From the NCBI RefSeq assembly GCF_009914755.1, contig NC_060933.1: a stretch of DNA of 64,000 nucleotides; one strand, 5' to 3'. Positions within the stretch are counted from its first letter, which is position 1. Every line of letters starts with the position of its first letter. Shown piece by piece: positions 48,237 to 62,755 of this stretch. The stretch is from the human T2T-CHM13v2.0 reference genome, Homo sapiens. A program made the position numbers and the translations under genes. Below the pieces are notes generated by a model. That model made no database searches, was not told the DNA's origin, and saw only the letters and a list, made by a program, of their open reading frames with translations.

Positions 48237-48679
48237 CCCTGGAACCCAGGACATGGGCCCAGATTGTTCCTGGAGTTGCTGATGGCTCAAGAAATGAAGC
48301 CCCTTGAATAACTGTGGGTTGGAGATGCTGGTGAGCTGAGGCCAGGGAAACACAGCAGAGCAGGTGGAACATTCCAGCGCAGAAGATGAAGACACTGGGT
48401 GAGGGGGAACCTCTGCAGTCAAGTGGGAAGGCATACAGTCCTGAAGGGGTACAGTGCCTAACACTGGGGGGTGCAGAGAGGAGAGGAGAAGCAATGCTGC
48501 CATGCCCTGTGCCCGATGAGTGACCATTGCTTGGTAGCTCATGTTGCCTAACTAAGAACATGCTGGGCAGAAATCCTTGTTATAGGACAAACAGCCCAAT
48601 AGACAGCACCAGCTTTCAATGATTGCATCTGCACAGAGAGGTAGTGATGGTCAGCAGAAAGGAAACTGTGCCCTCATAA

Positions 48680-48787
48680 TGCACATGTGCACACAGGCAC
48701 ACACATACATTCATGCACACATGCACACACATGCACACATGCATACACATGCATATATACACACATAAAAGCACTGGAATACACACC
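48680..48787 (+). repeat. Degenerate (CA)n/(CATGCA)n repeat
   Basis: Seen directly. Confidence 0.8.
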
Positions 48788-48815
48788 ATGGAAGCAGTGT
48801 TGGAACATAGTGTGA

Positions 48816-48858
48816 GGTTCCATGGTGTAATGGTGAGCACTCTGGACTCAGAATCCAG
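48816..48858 (+). pseudogene. tRNA-Gln(CTG)-derived 5'-half tailless retropseudogene
   Basis: ggttccatggtgtaatggtgagcactctggactcagaatccag matches the first 43 nt of human tRNA-Gln-CTG with a single change in the anticodon; flanked by ~16-bp direct repeats. Confidence 0.88.
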
Positions 48859-49069
48859 AAGTAGTGCTGGAACAAAGAGAAGAGGAATGAGAGAGCAGGC
48901 CCCACTCTCCCTTCTGTATCTCAAGCATCTTCAAAAAACTTCTCCTGGATGGGGCATGAACCCTGGACTGAGACTTTGCTTGAACTGACCACTAATAGTT
49001 ATACTTCCTGAATTTCACTGAGTGTTAACTAGAGACAAAAAGCTTAAGTTGAAACTGGAATGGGCTCAG

Positions 49070-50873
49070 ATACTGAATGGGCAAAAACTGGAAGCATTCC
49101 CTTTGAAAATCGGCACAAGACAAGGATGCTTTCTCTCACCACTCCTATTCAACATAGTGTTGGAAGTTCTGGCCAGGGCAATCAGGCAAGAGAAAGAAAT
49201 AAAGGGTATTCAATTAGGAAAAGAGGAAGACAAATTGTCCCTGTTTGCAGATGACATGATTGTATATTTAGAAAACCCCATCGTCTCAGCCCCAAATCTC
49301 CTTAAGCTGAGAAGCAACTTCAGCAAAGTCTCAGGATACAAAATCAATGTGCAAAAATCACAAGCATTCCTATACACCAATAACAGACAAACAGAGAGCC
49401 AAATCATGAGTGAACTCCCATTCACAATTGCTACAAAGAGAATAAAATACCTAGGAATCCAACTTACAAGGGATGTGAAGGACCTCTTCAAGGAGAACTA
49501 CAAACCACTACTCAATGAAATAAAAGAGGACACAAACAAATGGAAGAACATTCCATGCTCATGGATAGGAAGAATCAAAATCGTGAAAATGGCCATACTG
49601 CCCAAGGTTCAGTGCCATCCCCATCAGGCTACCATGACTTTCTTCACAGAATTGGAAAAAACTAAAGTTCATATGGAACCAAAAAAGAGCCCGCATAGCC
49701 AAGACAATCCTAAGCAAAAATAGCAAAGCTGGAGGCATCATGCTACCTGACTTCAAACTGTACTACAAGGCTACAGTAACCAAAACAGCATGGTACTGGT
49801 ACCAAAACAGAGATATAGACCAATGGACCAGAGCAGAGCCCTCAGAAATAATACCACACATCTACAACCATCTGATCTTTGACAAACCTGACAAAAACCG
49901 AGAAATGGGGAAAGGATTCCCTATTTAATAAATGGTGCTGGGAAAACTGGCTAGCCATATGTAGAAAGGTGAAACTGGATCTTTTCCTCACACCTTATAC
50001 AAAAATTAACCCAAGATGGATTAAAGATTTAAATGTAAGACCTAAAACCATAAAAACCCTAGAAGAAAACCTAGGCAGTACCATTCAGGACATAGGCATG
50101 GGCAAAGACTTCATGACTAAAACACCAAAAGCAATGGCAACAAAAGCCAACATTGACAAATGGGATCTAATTAAACTAAAGAGCTTCTGCACAGCAAAAG
50201 AAACTATCATCAGAATGAACAGGCAACCTACAGAATGGGAGAAAAATTTTGCAATCTACTGATCTGACAAAGGGCTAATATACAGAATCTACAAAGAGCT
50301 TAAACAAATTTAGAAGAAAAAAACAAACAACCCTATCAAAAAGTGGGCAAAGAATATGAACAGACACTTCTCAAAAGAAGACATTTATGCAGCCAACAGA
50401 CACATGAAAAAATGCTCATCATCACTGGTCATCAGAGAAATGCAAATCAAAACCACAGTGAGATACCATCTCATACAATGAGAATGACGATCATTAAAAA
50501 GTCAGGAAACAACAGATGCTGGAGACGATGTGGAGAAATAGGAACAATTTTACACTGTTGGTGGGAGTGTACATTAGTTCAACCATTGTGGAAGACAGTG
50601 TGGCGATTCCTCAAGGATCTAGAGCTGGAAATACCATTTGACCCAGCGATCCCATTACTGGGTATATACCCAAAGGATTATAAATCATGCTGCTATAAAG
50701 ACACATGCACATGTATGTTTATTGCGGCACTATTCATAATAGCAAAGACTTGGAACCAACCCAAATGTCCATCAATGATAGACTGGATTAAGAAAATGTG
50801 GCACATGTGCACCATGGAATACTATGCAGCCATAAAAAGGATGAGTTCATGTCCTTTGCAGGGACATGGATGA
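49070..50873 (+). pseudogene. Disrupted L1 ORF2p (reverse transcriptase) fragment
   Basis: Split across four ORFs (49022, 49740, 49879, 50343) by frameshifts and stops. Confidence 0.9.
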
Positions 50874-51160
50874 AGCTGGAAACCATCATTCTCAGTAAAC
50901 TATCACAAGGGCAGAAAACCAAACACCGCATGTTCTCACTCGTAGGTGGGAACTGAACAATGAGAATACATGGACGCAGGGCAGGGAACATCACACACCG
51001 GGGCCTGTCAGTAGGTGGGGAGCTGGGGGAGGGATAGCATTAGGAGAAATACCCCATGTAAATGACGAGTTGATGGGTGCAGCAAACCAACATGGCACAT
51101 GTGTACCTATGTAACAAGCCTGCACGTTGTGCACATGTACCCTAGAACTTAAAGTATTAA
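49070..51160 (+). mobile_element. 5'-truncated primate L1 (L1PA7/8-like), ORF2 RT/C-terminal part plus 3' UTR
   Basis: ORF fragments contain GTRQGCxLSPLLF, [41 protein letters not shown]; G-rich 3' UTR. Confidence 0.96.
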
Positions 51161-51443
51161 ATATATATTTATTTATTTATTTATTTATTACTGGATGATG
51201 GCGTGTAAACTGATTGGGCTAAATGCAGTCTTCTTGGTATGAATGGGATTGGAGAGTTTGTCCAAGAGCAGAAAACGAGCTTCACGCTTGTTCGTCACTG
51301 AACTGAGACTTTTCAACCAATCCTGTCATTTGGAGAACTGTGAATAGTGGTTATCTACCAGGGTATGTGTGGAAAATGATAAGAGACTTTAAAATATTCT
51401 ACATTATAGATTATTGTAATATTTTATTTTATTTTTATAATTA

Positions 51444-51830
<387 letters not shown>

Positions 51831-52279
51831 TTAGCTGGCATCCAATCAGTTTGCTCATGGCCTGTGGATGTGGGCATACCTGTCAGCAAGCTGATGGAGC
51901 CCTTACATACAAGGAGGCCTGGGGAAGGCCAGGGGGGTGGGGAGTGGAGATCAATGCAAACCCATCACCACCCCTAGAAAATTGATTCAAAGCTCCCCTT
52001 GATGGATGATTGAGCAGCTCCATTTTCAAATATAACACAAGAGTACAGTGATCATTTAATGTATTATCCAAACTGGACATTTTGAGAGTAAGCAGGGACA
52101 CTAGTGATAATTCCATGGCAAACTGGCATAGGAGACTCGCACAGCCCTGAGTATATGCCATGTGGCTGTGTTCTGGGAGTGGAGTTCACCTTAGGGTGGT
52201 GCCCTTGTTCTCCAGAGAGGGTCTGGGCACCCTAAAATGGTCCATGTAGTGAATTTCAGTGATCAGAAAGACTCTAGGC

Positions 52280-53096
52280 TAGCACTGCCCAGTAGAAATG
52301 TAATGTAAGACACATGTAATTTTAAAAATTTCTAGGAGACCCTTTAAAAGAGAAAAAGAAACTGGTGAACATAATCTTAATAACATATGGCATTTAACCC
52401 AATATATCCATGTGGTATGCAGAATAATGACCCCCAAACATGTCCACGTCCTAGTCCCTGCCAGCCATGAATATGTTATCTTATGTGGCAAAAGGGACTT
52501 TGCAGATGCGGCTAAGTTAAAGACATTGAGATGGGAGATAATTCTGAATTATCTGGGCCTGATATGATCACATGAGTCCTTAAAAGCAGATAACCTTTAC
52601 TGGCTGTTGTTAGAAGGAGGTTTGATTTCAGAAGAATGGGTCAGACAGATGGGATGTTGCTGGCTTTGAAGACGGAGGAAGCGGGGGACCATGAGCCCAG
52701 GAATTCAGGTGGCCTCTAGAAGCTGCAAAAAGCAAGAAAGCAGATTCTCCCCAGAGCCTCCAGAAGGAATGCAGCCCTGTTGATGTTTTGATTATAATTT
52801 AGTGAGATCCATTTCAGACTTTTGGCCTCCAGGACTGTACGATAATACATTTGTTTAAATATATTTTACATGTTTTAAAAGTTGTTTAAAGCCACGAATT
52901 TACACTAGCAATAGGAAACATACAATCTAACATATTGTCATTTCAACATTTGATCATATAAAAATTATTAACAAGATATTTTACATTATTTCATGCTAAG
53001 ACTTAAAGCAGATCTCAGATCTCAACTCAGGCTAGCCAACATGTCAGGCACTTAGTGGCCACATGTGACTAGTGGCTACCATACTGAACAGCACAG
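52280..53096. mobile_element. MER33-like hAT-Charlie element split by MLT1D
   Basis: cactgcccagtagaaatgtaatg... and ...gccacatgtgactagtggctaccatactgaacagcacag termini. Confidence 0.78.
52411..52924 (+). mobile_element. MLT1D-like solo LTR
   Basis: tgtggtatgcagaataatgacccccaaa...ggcaaaagggactttgcagatg...gcaataggaaacataca; TSD atcca/atcta. Confidence 0.87.
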
Positions 53097-54617
53097 TTCT
53101 AGAGCCTTTTCCCTGGATTCTGAAATCCGAGGTCCCAGCTCAAGGTATCCCTCCAGAGCATCACTCTAGAGTAGCCCTGATTCCATCCAGTAGCAGTTTG
53201 TCTCTGTGTGAGTCTGTGTGTGTATATATGCCCACATATGTATGTGTGTATGTGTGTGGGGTTATTTCCATGAGCACTTATGCTATGCCTGTGGGAGGAA
53301 GCCTTGGCCGACATCTCAGATACCCCAGGAGACAAGGGACAGTTTTTGCAGGTGCTAGTTGTCTCCTCAGCAAAAACCAGCTTGCAAATTGGTCTCCTGC
53401 TAAAGATCCCTTATCACTGTGCCTGGATCTCTCAGCTTAAGCCACGAGCTATTTCCTTGACCTGTGGCTGCCTCTGGGTCTCCAAGGAGTTGGTTTGTAG
53501 GGAGACAATATTACCTTTTGATCTGCCATTGCTTGTACCTGCATTGGAGTCACCCCAGGATGGCAGCACCACTGTGGGGACAGTGTGTGAATGAGACTGA
53601 AAGAGGAATGACAAAACCATTGTGTTCCACCGAGGCAGAGCAAGAAACACCTTTGTTGTATCTTACTTGGGTCAGATTTTCAGGGGTGTTGCATGTCCTG
53701 TGGCTCTGCATTAGGTTGTGGGGAGGACGCACAGAGCAGCTGCAACTCTGGCAGACAGAGCTTGTTGTGAAGAGGACTGAGTCAAGGATATGTCTGTGAT
53801 GAGACTCACATTTCATCCAAGGTGACAAGCATTCAGATCGCTCCTCCTGTCCTCTCCTAAAGCAAGATCCACAATGATCAGGTCACACAAGGAATGGGCC
53901 AGCATGGCTGCAGGGTAGGCAGCTAAGACATCTGTTTCATTTGTTGGCCTATTCTCTCTGTAGGGAGGAAACCCAGAGGAGAGTAGTGGGCACTGGATTC
54001 CTAACTCCTCATATAATGGCTGCTGAGAATATTAGATGTGCAAAAAGGTCACAGGAGACATATTGCACTTGCTAGAGGTTTTGCTGCTGTCACAAAGCAA
54101 GCAGAAACAAACCCTCCTGCCCTCCCCCTTCCCTGAAAAAGTATATGCTATTTGCCTCTGATTAGATTTCTTGGATAAATGACCCTTCACCTGGGCAAAT
54201 AATCCCACTGTCCCCCTGCTTTTCTTGGGTCCCTGCTTCTGACTGTAATTCATTTATCTCTGGCACATGTTGTTTTGTATTTCTGATAAGACTCGGGTGA
54301 AAAATAGGGTGGCAGCTGAATTTATTGACGCAATTTGCTCATGTAATCTATGCTGTTGGTGATTCTGAAATGCATGCAAAGGCATTAGCCTCCTAATTAT
54401 GGATTTTCATGTGATTGTTTGAAATGCAGATGGTCAGTCAGCTCCTGAGTTGGGGACCTCGATCTAGGGGTGGTGGTGGCGAAGTGCTGGCGATAGAACT
54501 ATTACGACTGCAGAAAGAATGAGATGTTTAGTATTTATGGTCTGTTTTTTTCCTGGGTAGATATCGGGGAAGTTGTAAAACCCTTAAAGTCTACAAAGAG
54601 TCATACATAGTGCTGTA

Positions 54618-54944
54618 ATACACTCTGTATCCATGGGGTATTAGTTCCAGGACCTCTGAGGATACAAAAATCCTTAGAAGTTCAAGTCTCTGATATAAAA
54701 TGGCATAGTATTTGCATATAATCTATGCACATATTTTCATAAGCTTCAGATCATCTCTAGATTACTTATAATACCTAATACGATGTAAATCCTATATAAA
54801 TAGTTGTTAGACTGTATTGTTTATTATTTGTAATAATTTTTGTTGTTGTATTGCTGTTTTTATTTTTATTTTTCTTGGATATTTTTGATCCAAGGCTGGC
54901 TGAATCTACAAATAAAGAACCTGGGCTACGTTGGGCCAACTGTA
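54618..54944 (+). mobile_element. MER2 (TcMar-Tigger)
   Basis: gtatccatgggg...ttccaggacc...atcatctctagattacttataatacctaatac...gggccaactgta. Confidence 0.85.
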
Positions 54945-55489
54945 AATAAAACTTACTCATTAAACAGGGTATGGAAAATTTGACCAGGGAAGGTCTAGTC
55001 TTAATACCACTGTGCCCTTATTTTCAGCCAGCCATCTCCCCTAAGTTTTGGCTGTGTGTGTGTATGTGTGTGTTGGAGCATGTGTGGAGAAGTAGTAGTG
55101 TTCTCGAGAGGAGAAAAGTGTGAGAGCATGGAGCACTCTCACCTTGCATTTTGTTCTCATCCTTTCTTCTCAAGGAGCACTTATAGGCTTTGTGATGGTT
55201 AAACCCACAGGTAAAAGCGCTAGCCCTTTTCTAACATTAATGGGTTACTACAAGGCAAGGTGTGAGCTTACATTGGACATCATATTTTGAGAAATAATGA
55301 ATGATGCTCTGGCTGGACTGTAGGGTTGAGGGATTCTTACAGAGAAGAGCTCAGTAGATTTTTTTCCCTCCGTCTAGGAAGAATGCCCACAGCTGCCACA
55401 TTGCTACCTGCTTAGTGCAGCTTGTGGCTACTTGCAACTCGGCTCACAGTCACCCGTTTTCCGGGTATACCTAAAGCTCTTACTCGTGA

Positions 55490-55996
55490 CCCTACTCTGT
55501 GACTTGGCATTCAAAGCCCTCCAGGATTTGGCTACAACTCTCTTTTATAAGCTCCTTTGCTTCTCTGCCCTTGCCTGCACCCTGTGCTCCAAGCAAGTTA
55601 AATGCCTCCCTCTTCCCTACACAGCCTCATCCTCCCCCACGTTGTGGCTTTGCTCGCGCCTGCTATGTTTGACAGTGACTCTGCTTTTCTACCTCCATGT
55701 GCCCAAATACTTTGTACTTTCAGGTTTAATGCATACCTCATCTCTCCATAAAACCATGCCTTATCCCTTCTATCTCAATGTTACCTCTTTCTCCTCTGAA
55801 CTCTTATAATATTTTATCTGTCTCTCTCAGGACCACCTCTTACTCCTTTGGTTAGTTATTGATGTTCACGTCTCATTTCTCCCATTAGATTGTAAGTTTC
55901 TTGAGGGCAGGGCCCATATGAAATTTATCTGTCCCTCAAGTGGCATCCTGCACATAGTGGGTACCTAGCCACCATTTGTTGACTAAATGAATGAAA
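55490..55996 (+). mobile_element. L2 3' region
   Basis: ggcattcaaagccctcc...ttagattgtaagtttcttgagggcaggg...atttgttgactaaatgaatgaa. Confidence 0.8.
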
Positions 55997-56039
55997 ACAG
56001 CATTAATCAAAAGCTTTGGAGATTGACATTCTTGGAGAA

Positions 56040-56205
56040 ATGTTGGTCAAAGTGCATTCCAAGGACCATTTACTTGGGGTGGGGACAGAAGCTTGTTGAA
56101 AATGCAGACTCATGGATCCTACTAAGATTTACCAGATCAGAGTCTGTGGAAGGTGAGGCCTGGAAATTTGTGCTTTAAATAAGATTCCTGAAAAGTCCGA
56201 TGTTC
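56040..56205. mobile_element. MER5-like hAT MITE
   Basis: gcttgttgaaaatgcagactc...atcagagtctgtggaaggtgaggcctggaaatttgtgctttaaataag. Confidence 0.65.
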
Positions 56206-56566
56206 AAAAGCCCATAGATTTGCAAAAAAATATTCAGTCCAGTTGGAGTCAGGCCCTTTAAGCTAAGCACATAGAAAGTGAGAACTAGGGGCTAGGGAAA
56301 TGTTAGTCCACAGATACCAGAGAGGGCATTTGTATCAGCTTTAAAGCTGGAAAAGGGAAGTTGACATGAATATTAGTTATGATTTGTAGGAAGTCTGTCA
56401 TCTAATGCAGAGAAGCCTTTGAAACATGCATTTCAGGGTAAACAGTTTATTATGTGTGTTGTCCATCCAACACTCTGTGTTGCCAAGGCTTGGTTCCAGA
56501 TTCGGAAGAGACTCCTATTGGAAAATTCAAAGGCCATTGGTTTATTGAACAGAACTGGGAGCTCGC

Positions 56567-56567
<1 letters not shown>

Positions 56568-56597
<30 letters not shown>

Positions 56598-56894
56598 TTT
56601 TTTTTTTGGAGACAGGGTCTCTCTCTGTCACCCAGGCTGGAGTGCAGTGGTGTGATCGTAGCTTACTGCAGCCTTGAATTTCTGGTCTCAAGCGATTCTC
56701 CTGCCTTAGCCTCCTGAGTAATTAGGACTACAGGCACATACTACCACACCTGGCTAATTAAAAAAAGTTTTTTTTTTAGTGATGGGATCTCACTATGTTG
56801 CCCAAGCTGGTCTCAAATTCCTGGTGTCAAGCTATCTTCCTGCCACAGCCTCTCAAAGCCCTGGGATTACAGTTGTGAGCCCTGTTCCCTGCCA
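56568..56894 (-). mobile_element. Alu (AluJ) with (TTTA)n tail
   Basis: Dimer; TSD ggagctcgcttatt / ggagttcacttatt. Confidence 0.93.
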
Positions 56895-58991
56895 GGAGTT
56901 CACTTATTAATTTAAAAAAATTTTAAGTAAGTAAATAAGAAAAATCAGCCAGGCTATAGAAGTCAGAGTGAAAAAAATTCAGCTTGGTCGCAAAAGAAAA
57001 AACACCATACAGCATCCAAGTGAATATTTTTAATGCTTATAAAATTTTAATAGGAAGTGTGAGATGGATTTTTGCAGGCTTTAGTTACTACAGCCAATTG
57101 GTAACTAAGGAAATACTCTATTCTTCCCTACTGATTTTTCCAGGTGATTTAAACCAAGGATAAAAGCCCTCAAGAATTTGTTTTTAAAGTAATATCTCTA
57201 GCTGTCTAGGGAGAAAGGAAATAAAATGAAAGTCACTCCTCTCTTTACATAAAAAACCTTTCCCTGAAGAAAAGTAGTGTGGTGGTCAGTGGTGTTAAGA
57301 AAAGGTAAAAATGGACAAGTATTTTTAAAATGACGGTATAACTAGGGTACTGCTAATATTTAGAAAGACAGACAACTATAACAGTTGAGCTGCAGAGAAA
57401 ATGGCTCAATGTTCTATTTTCAGCTTTTCAACAGGTCAGAGTCATCTAATGAGGGCCGTGGCAGGGTGGCAGGCACACTTCCAGCCAAACTGGTTGTACA
57501 AGCTTCTTGTACTAAAAGCAGTCTAGAAGAACCTTCCTGGCATCGAAGCAGCAGGGAGAAGAGCCTGTAGGACCCATTTTTCTAAACACTGTGCTCTTCT
57601 TATTCCTTTTAATTTTCAACTTGGTGTCCATTAGGAGATTTACCTGGCTGCATCATTCAGACGGTAGTTATTGAGTTTCCGCTTAGCCAAGGGCTGTGTT
57701 ATGTATTTTCTCTGCCTCTCATGTCCTGAGCCAATTTGCCTTATCCAAGCACATCTCTGTTATTATTCTGGAAATTGGGCCATCCTGACAGTCTCAGACA
57801 GAGCCACCTCAGCTCTGATTTATTCTGCGAATGTCTTGCTTAAAGGCACAGAGGCAAACCTCTTCAGAGGTATATTTCTCCTGAGTATAAATGCAGTTGT
57901 ATGTATAGGATTGACAAATTCAGGTTTTTTCCTGCTGTCTGAAATACGGTGCCCCTCTTACCTCAAAAAAGCAAACAGCACAACCTATACTGTGCATGGC
58001 TAACAAGACCACCAAATCACAGTGACAGTGGGTGCCTGATGGGATGTGTACCTGAGAGAGCCCCATCTGGGGTCCCCTATCTAGCACTGAACTCAGCAAC
58101 CATAGCTCTATTAAACAACTTCACCTGCATGACGTCCTTATCACAGAATTGTTGTTCCCCAGGACCGAGAAAGAGATTAAAGTAGGTAGGTGGGGAGATG
58201 GGATCAAGGTCCCTGCTGGTGTTTCGTTGCTGTGACAATATCCAACCCTATGGGATTGTAGCTCAAGTAGATACTTAGATCAGGCTCCTCTGAGGAAGAT
58301 TACAGGCAGTTCTTATTTCTGGAGAACTTATATGTGTGAGCCTGGCATTATCACCTTGACTAATGAGTGTTAAAAGAGAAATCAGAATCCCTGAGGACCT
58401 CCCGAGAAGAGCTTTTCAGGAAAAAAAAAAATGACACAACACCCGGTGCTGACTTTCCCAGTTGCTCAGTCTCCCTCGAGTCCTCGGGGCTTGTGATGTA
58501 CACCAAGCTTCCGTAATGTCTATCAATTACTTTGGAAGGTAGAGGGCACCGTGAAAACTGTAACAGTGAGTCTTCCTTCCAGCTGTGAACACTAAGCAAA
58601 TTCGTACCTTCACTCTTCCCCACTTACTCCTCCCTGGCTTTGATCTCAAACTGGTCCTGTCTGTTCTTTACTAGTTACTTATGGTATGGTTTTTGGATCA
58701 GGATACTGGCTACAAAGGTTTAAAGTCTGGAAAATAATTTGCCAAAGTAACACCCCAAAGGATACTTCCTGGATAGATAGATTAGACTATCATCTCCCTA
58801 CCCAGTGGGCAATGGGAGCGTTACTAATGGTGAGCAACTGAGTGTGAAGTGTCTGCTGATGTGGGACAGTGTAAAGCATTCCACAGCTTTCCGGATGGAT
58901 TCTAGCCTAGAAATGTTGGAATCTAATCCCTTGGATCTGATTTCCAGTTCACAGGGAATATAGAGATGGAAGAACAAGCTTAATAACTGAG

Positions 58992-59203
<212 letters not shown>

Positions 59204-59659
59204 CTGAACATCTAAGGAAGCAACAAGGCAAATAATTCCAGAGGCTGGGTCTTTAACTAGACAACTGGCCTAGACTCTTCAATCAGTGATAAGCAGTAAG
59301 AGACGAGTGTTCTAGATTTAAAGAGATTTTAAAAACATTACAACCAGATACAGCGTGTGGTCCTGGATTGGATGTGGTTTAGCTAAACTCCTAAAATAAC
59401 AGATGTTTTGGGGACAATGGAGAAAATTGGAAAGGCATTAAATAAGAAGAAAATTGATTGACATGGAAAGATGACTGATTTTATATATGTGTATATATAT
59501 ATATACTTATAAGAGTATACCTGTATATGTATATATAAAATACATATATATGTACAGAGAGAAAGTGTGGGAGGATTTGCACATTGGGGTTAACTGTGGT
59601 AATCTTGGGGGAATAAGAATATGATGGTTTGATTTTCCTTTTTTTCTCATCAACACTTT

Positions 59660-59948
59660 CTAATTTTTTCTTTGTTTTTTGAGACAGAGTCTCGCTCTGT
59701 CGCCTAGGCTGGAGTGCAGTGGTGCAATCATGTCTTACTGTAGCCTCAACTTCCCGGGCTCAAGCAATCCTCCTGAGTAGCTGGGACTACGGATGTGTGC
59801 CACCATGTTTGGCTAATTTTTAAATTTTTTGTAGAGATGGGATCTCACTATATTGCCCAGGCTGATCTCAAACTCCTGGGCTTAAGTGATTCTCCCCCCT
59901 TCACCTCCCAAAGTGCTGGGATTGTAAGCATGAGCCACTGGGCCCAGT
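59660..59948 (-). mobile_element. Alu (AluJ)
   Basis: Dimer; TSD-like aaca.tttctaatttt. Confidence 0.92.
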
Positions 59949-61283
59949 TAACATTTTCTAATTTTCTGATATTGAAAAGAGATTGCTTTCGTGATCACGA
60001 AAGATTCATTAAAAAAATATTTTTTAAAAGAAAAAAACCCAAAAAACAGGAAATACCTTTCCAGGCAGCAATAATGAAAAAGAGCCTTGAGGCGAGGTCA
60101 GCCCAGCTGCTAACAAAAGACGTGTGAACACCTCCTGCCAGGCCTAGGACTTACTAGGAAGACCCCAGCAGAGACCATAATTCCATAGCGTTGTAGCCCC
60201 ACTTTTTTTCATTTTGAGGCGCAGGTGAACAATTTAAGATTTGTCACAATGTAATTGAATGTGCAGAGTGACTTCCCACTGATAGTGATTGCTGAAAAAG
60301 AGTAGGGGAGGGGATTGGGAGGGCGGTGCAGGTTTTCTGCTCAGGCCGATGCTGAGTCCTGGGTGGGAAGCACGGAGCAGGCCTCTTCTACGCGGGGTCT
60401 TGATAGCTCTGCTGATGACCGGGTAAACCCCATGGGGCCAGATTTTATCAGTGATGTATTTTCTTCACTGAGAAGAATATCATGTAAGAGGCAAATAAAC
60501 GTCACACAGTTTTTGCAGACCCACCCAAACATAAAATGACATTTGTATGCTGAAATAATAACCAGAAATTTCTATGCTCTAACCAATGAGTCCTTTCTCC
60601 CAGGCAGATTAGAGACACTGGAGGATGAATCTGAATATTCAAATGAATGTCCACCCTGGTGTGTAGCAAGGGGGGAAGGGGCAGAACTGGCCAGGGGCTT
60701 CTCTGATCACGTTTTGATGATAAATGCAGGATAACGAAGAAATGAAAAGCAAAGAGAAGAACTAGAGGGGGAAAGAAGGCTCACTGCACAGTAACTTCAA
60801 CCGTGATCGGCCGGGTCACATCTGCCCTGCGGGAGGGAGGTGAAAAGGCGGAGGGTACACTCTGTTCCTTAGTGAAATCGCTTAGGCACAAATCAGATCA
60901 GCTGGCCTGTCTGGCTGAGACCCAGGACCTAGAGGGACCAAATTGGCAAACCTGCTTTCCAATATGTAGGTAATCACATTATCATCATTGCTTGGGGTAA
61001 GACGGATGGTTTTTACAGAATAGCCCTGATTGTGAAAGGCTGTTTGTGGGTGTGTTTGGCAGAATATTTTATACCCTCAAGATGTGCAGTTTAAATTAGA
61101 TGGTGAGAAAAACCTAAATGCATAAAAAATAGGACTATTAAGAGAGAAAACTGACGTTTGGCTCTTGTGAGGCTGTTTAACATCACATGCTCTAGGATCT
61201 CAATATCGATGTTCAGTATTGTCCATCTCAGCAGCAGGGTGATGTTAGATAACACGTTTGAACTGCTTTTTACCACTCTACTA

Positions 61284-61597
<314 letters not shown>

Positions 61598-62624
61598 TCT
61601 ATTAAGATATAAAGCTGTTAAATGGATTACCTTGAAAGACATGATTTTTGTACATTAAATATGGTCAAATAGCAGTAATTTCATATGATTTGATCTAATA
61701 ATTGACCTTTCCTTTAGAAGAGCTTAGATGTGGGTTGAGAGACAGAAGAGTAGCTTATCAACAGACATAAAATTATTAAGAACTAGAATTAAGAGGCCTT
61801 TCTTTGAAGTCAGTAACACAAAGATTTGTTCATGCTCCTTAAGGTTTTTCCTTGACTGACTCCATGTGGGTGAATCTTTTTCTCTAGATGAAGCACACCG
61901 TCCAATGTTTAAGCCACAAGGGAAAATGAACCCAGTTACTATTTAATACATGCAACTCAGATTTATCCCAAAATATGATGATCTACCTTGACCCGCCACC
62001 TTTTTCCAAGAGTTGACACTGTAAGTTTTCTAGAAAAAACTCCACTCTCGCATGACCAAGATTTGTGTGTGTGATCAACATTTAGAAGAACGTGCTAAAG
62101 AAGACACTGAAGACAATTCCCAAACAAGAGTTAATATCTGAGCTGCGGCAGCATCCTTGCCACAAAAACGCAGCTCCCCAAGCAACACAGGGCTCACTTA
62201 GATGTGTAAGCTCTGGTTGTGTTTCTTTTAAAATCAGTCGCATTACTTTATAGTCACATCTTGTGAGAGAGGGCTCAGGGTCTCCAGCATCCCTGGAGAG
62301 GCATCTTCTTCCTTCTGCTTGAATTTTCCTCAATCTTCTATCCCGTTTGAATGGCTGTGACCTGTTAGGGATTTTATTTGATTTTTAGGGCTTTACTATT
62401 GTATTCATCTTGATGCTCCTCAGATAGTGTTTGTCCTAATCATCGTTTCTAGTACAAAGCCAAGTTGAACTGCTGGAATTATGGAGCAAAATACTGAACT
62501 GATATTTTCTTCCTTGTTATTGGCTTGCTGTTCTACAGGCTAAAGGAAAGTCATGACTTTCCAGGCACAGTTAAATAAATGGTCATAGTTAGTCCAAACT
62601 ATCTTGAGAGATGACCAAAGTTTG

Positions 62625-62755
62625 GGTCTCAGTTCTGACCTAACTTGCTGTGTCATATTTGGCAAATTTATTAACCTCTGGCAACACCAGTTTCTTTCTT
62701 AAGAAAATGAAAGATTGAAATAGATAATCTCCCAGTTATTGTCTGATTCTAAAAT
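62625..62755 (+). mobile_element. MIR/MIR3 fragment
   Basis: aacttgctgtgtcatatttggcaaatttattaacctctgg...cagtttc...aaaatga. Confidence 0.65.

Noticed and set aside
48816-48858. Functional tRNA gene
   Set aside because: Lacks T-arm/B box, 3' acceptor strand and T-run terminator
49022-49723. 233-aa reverse-transcriptase ORF as a novel RT system or gene
   Set aside because: Ordinary 5'-truncated L1PA ORF2 with frameshifts; the N-terminal residues come from flanking DNA
60780-60900. CpG island or promoter
   Set aside because: Too short, with too few CpGs
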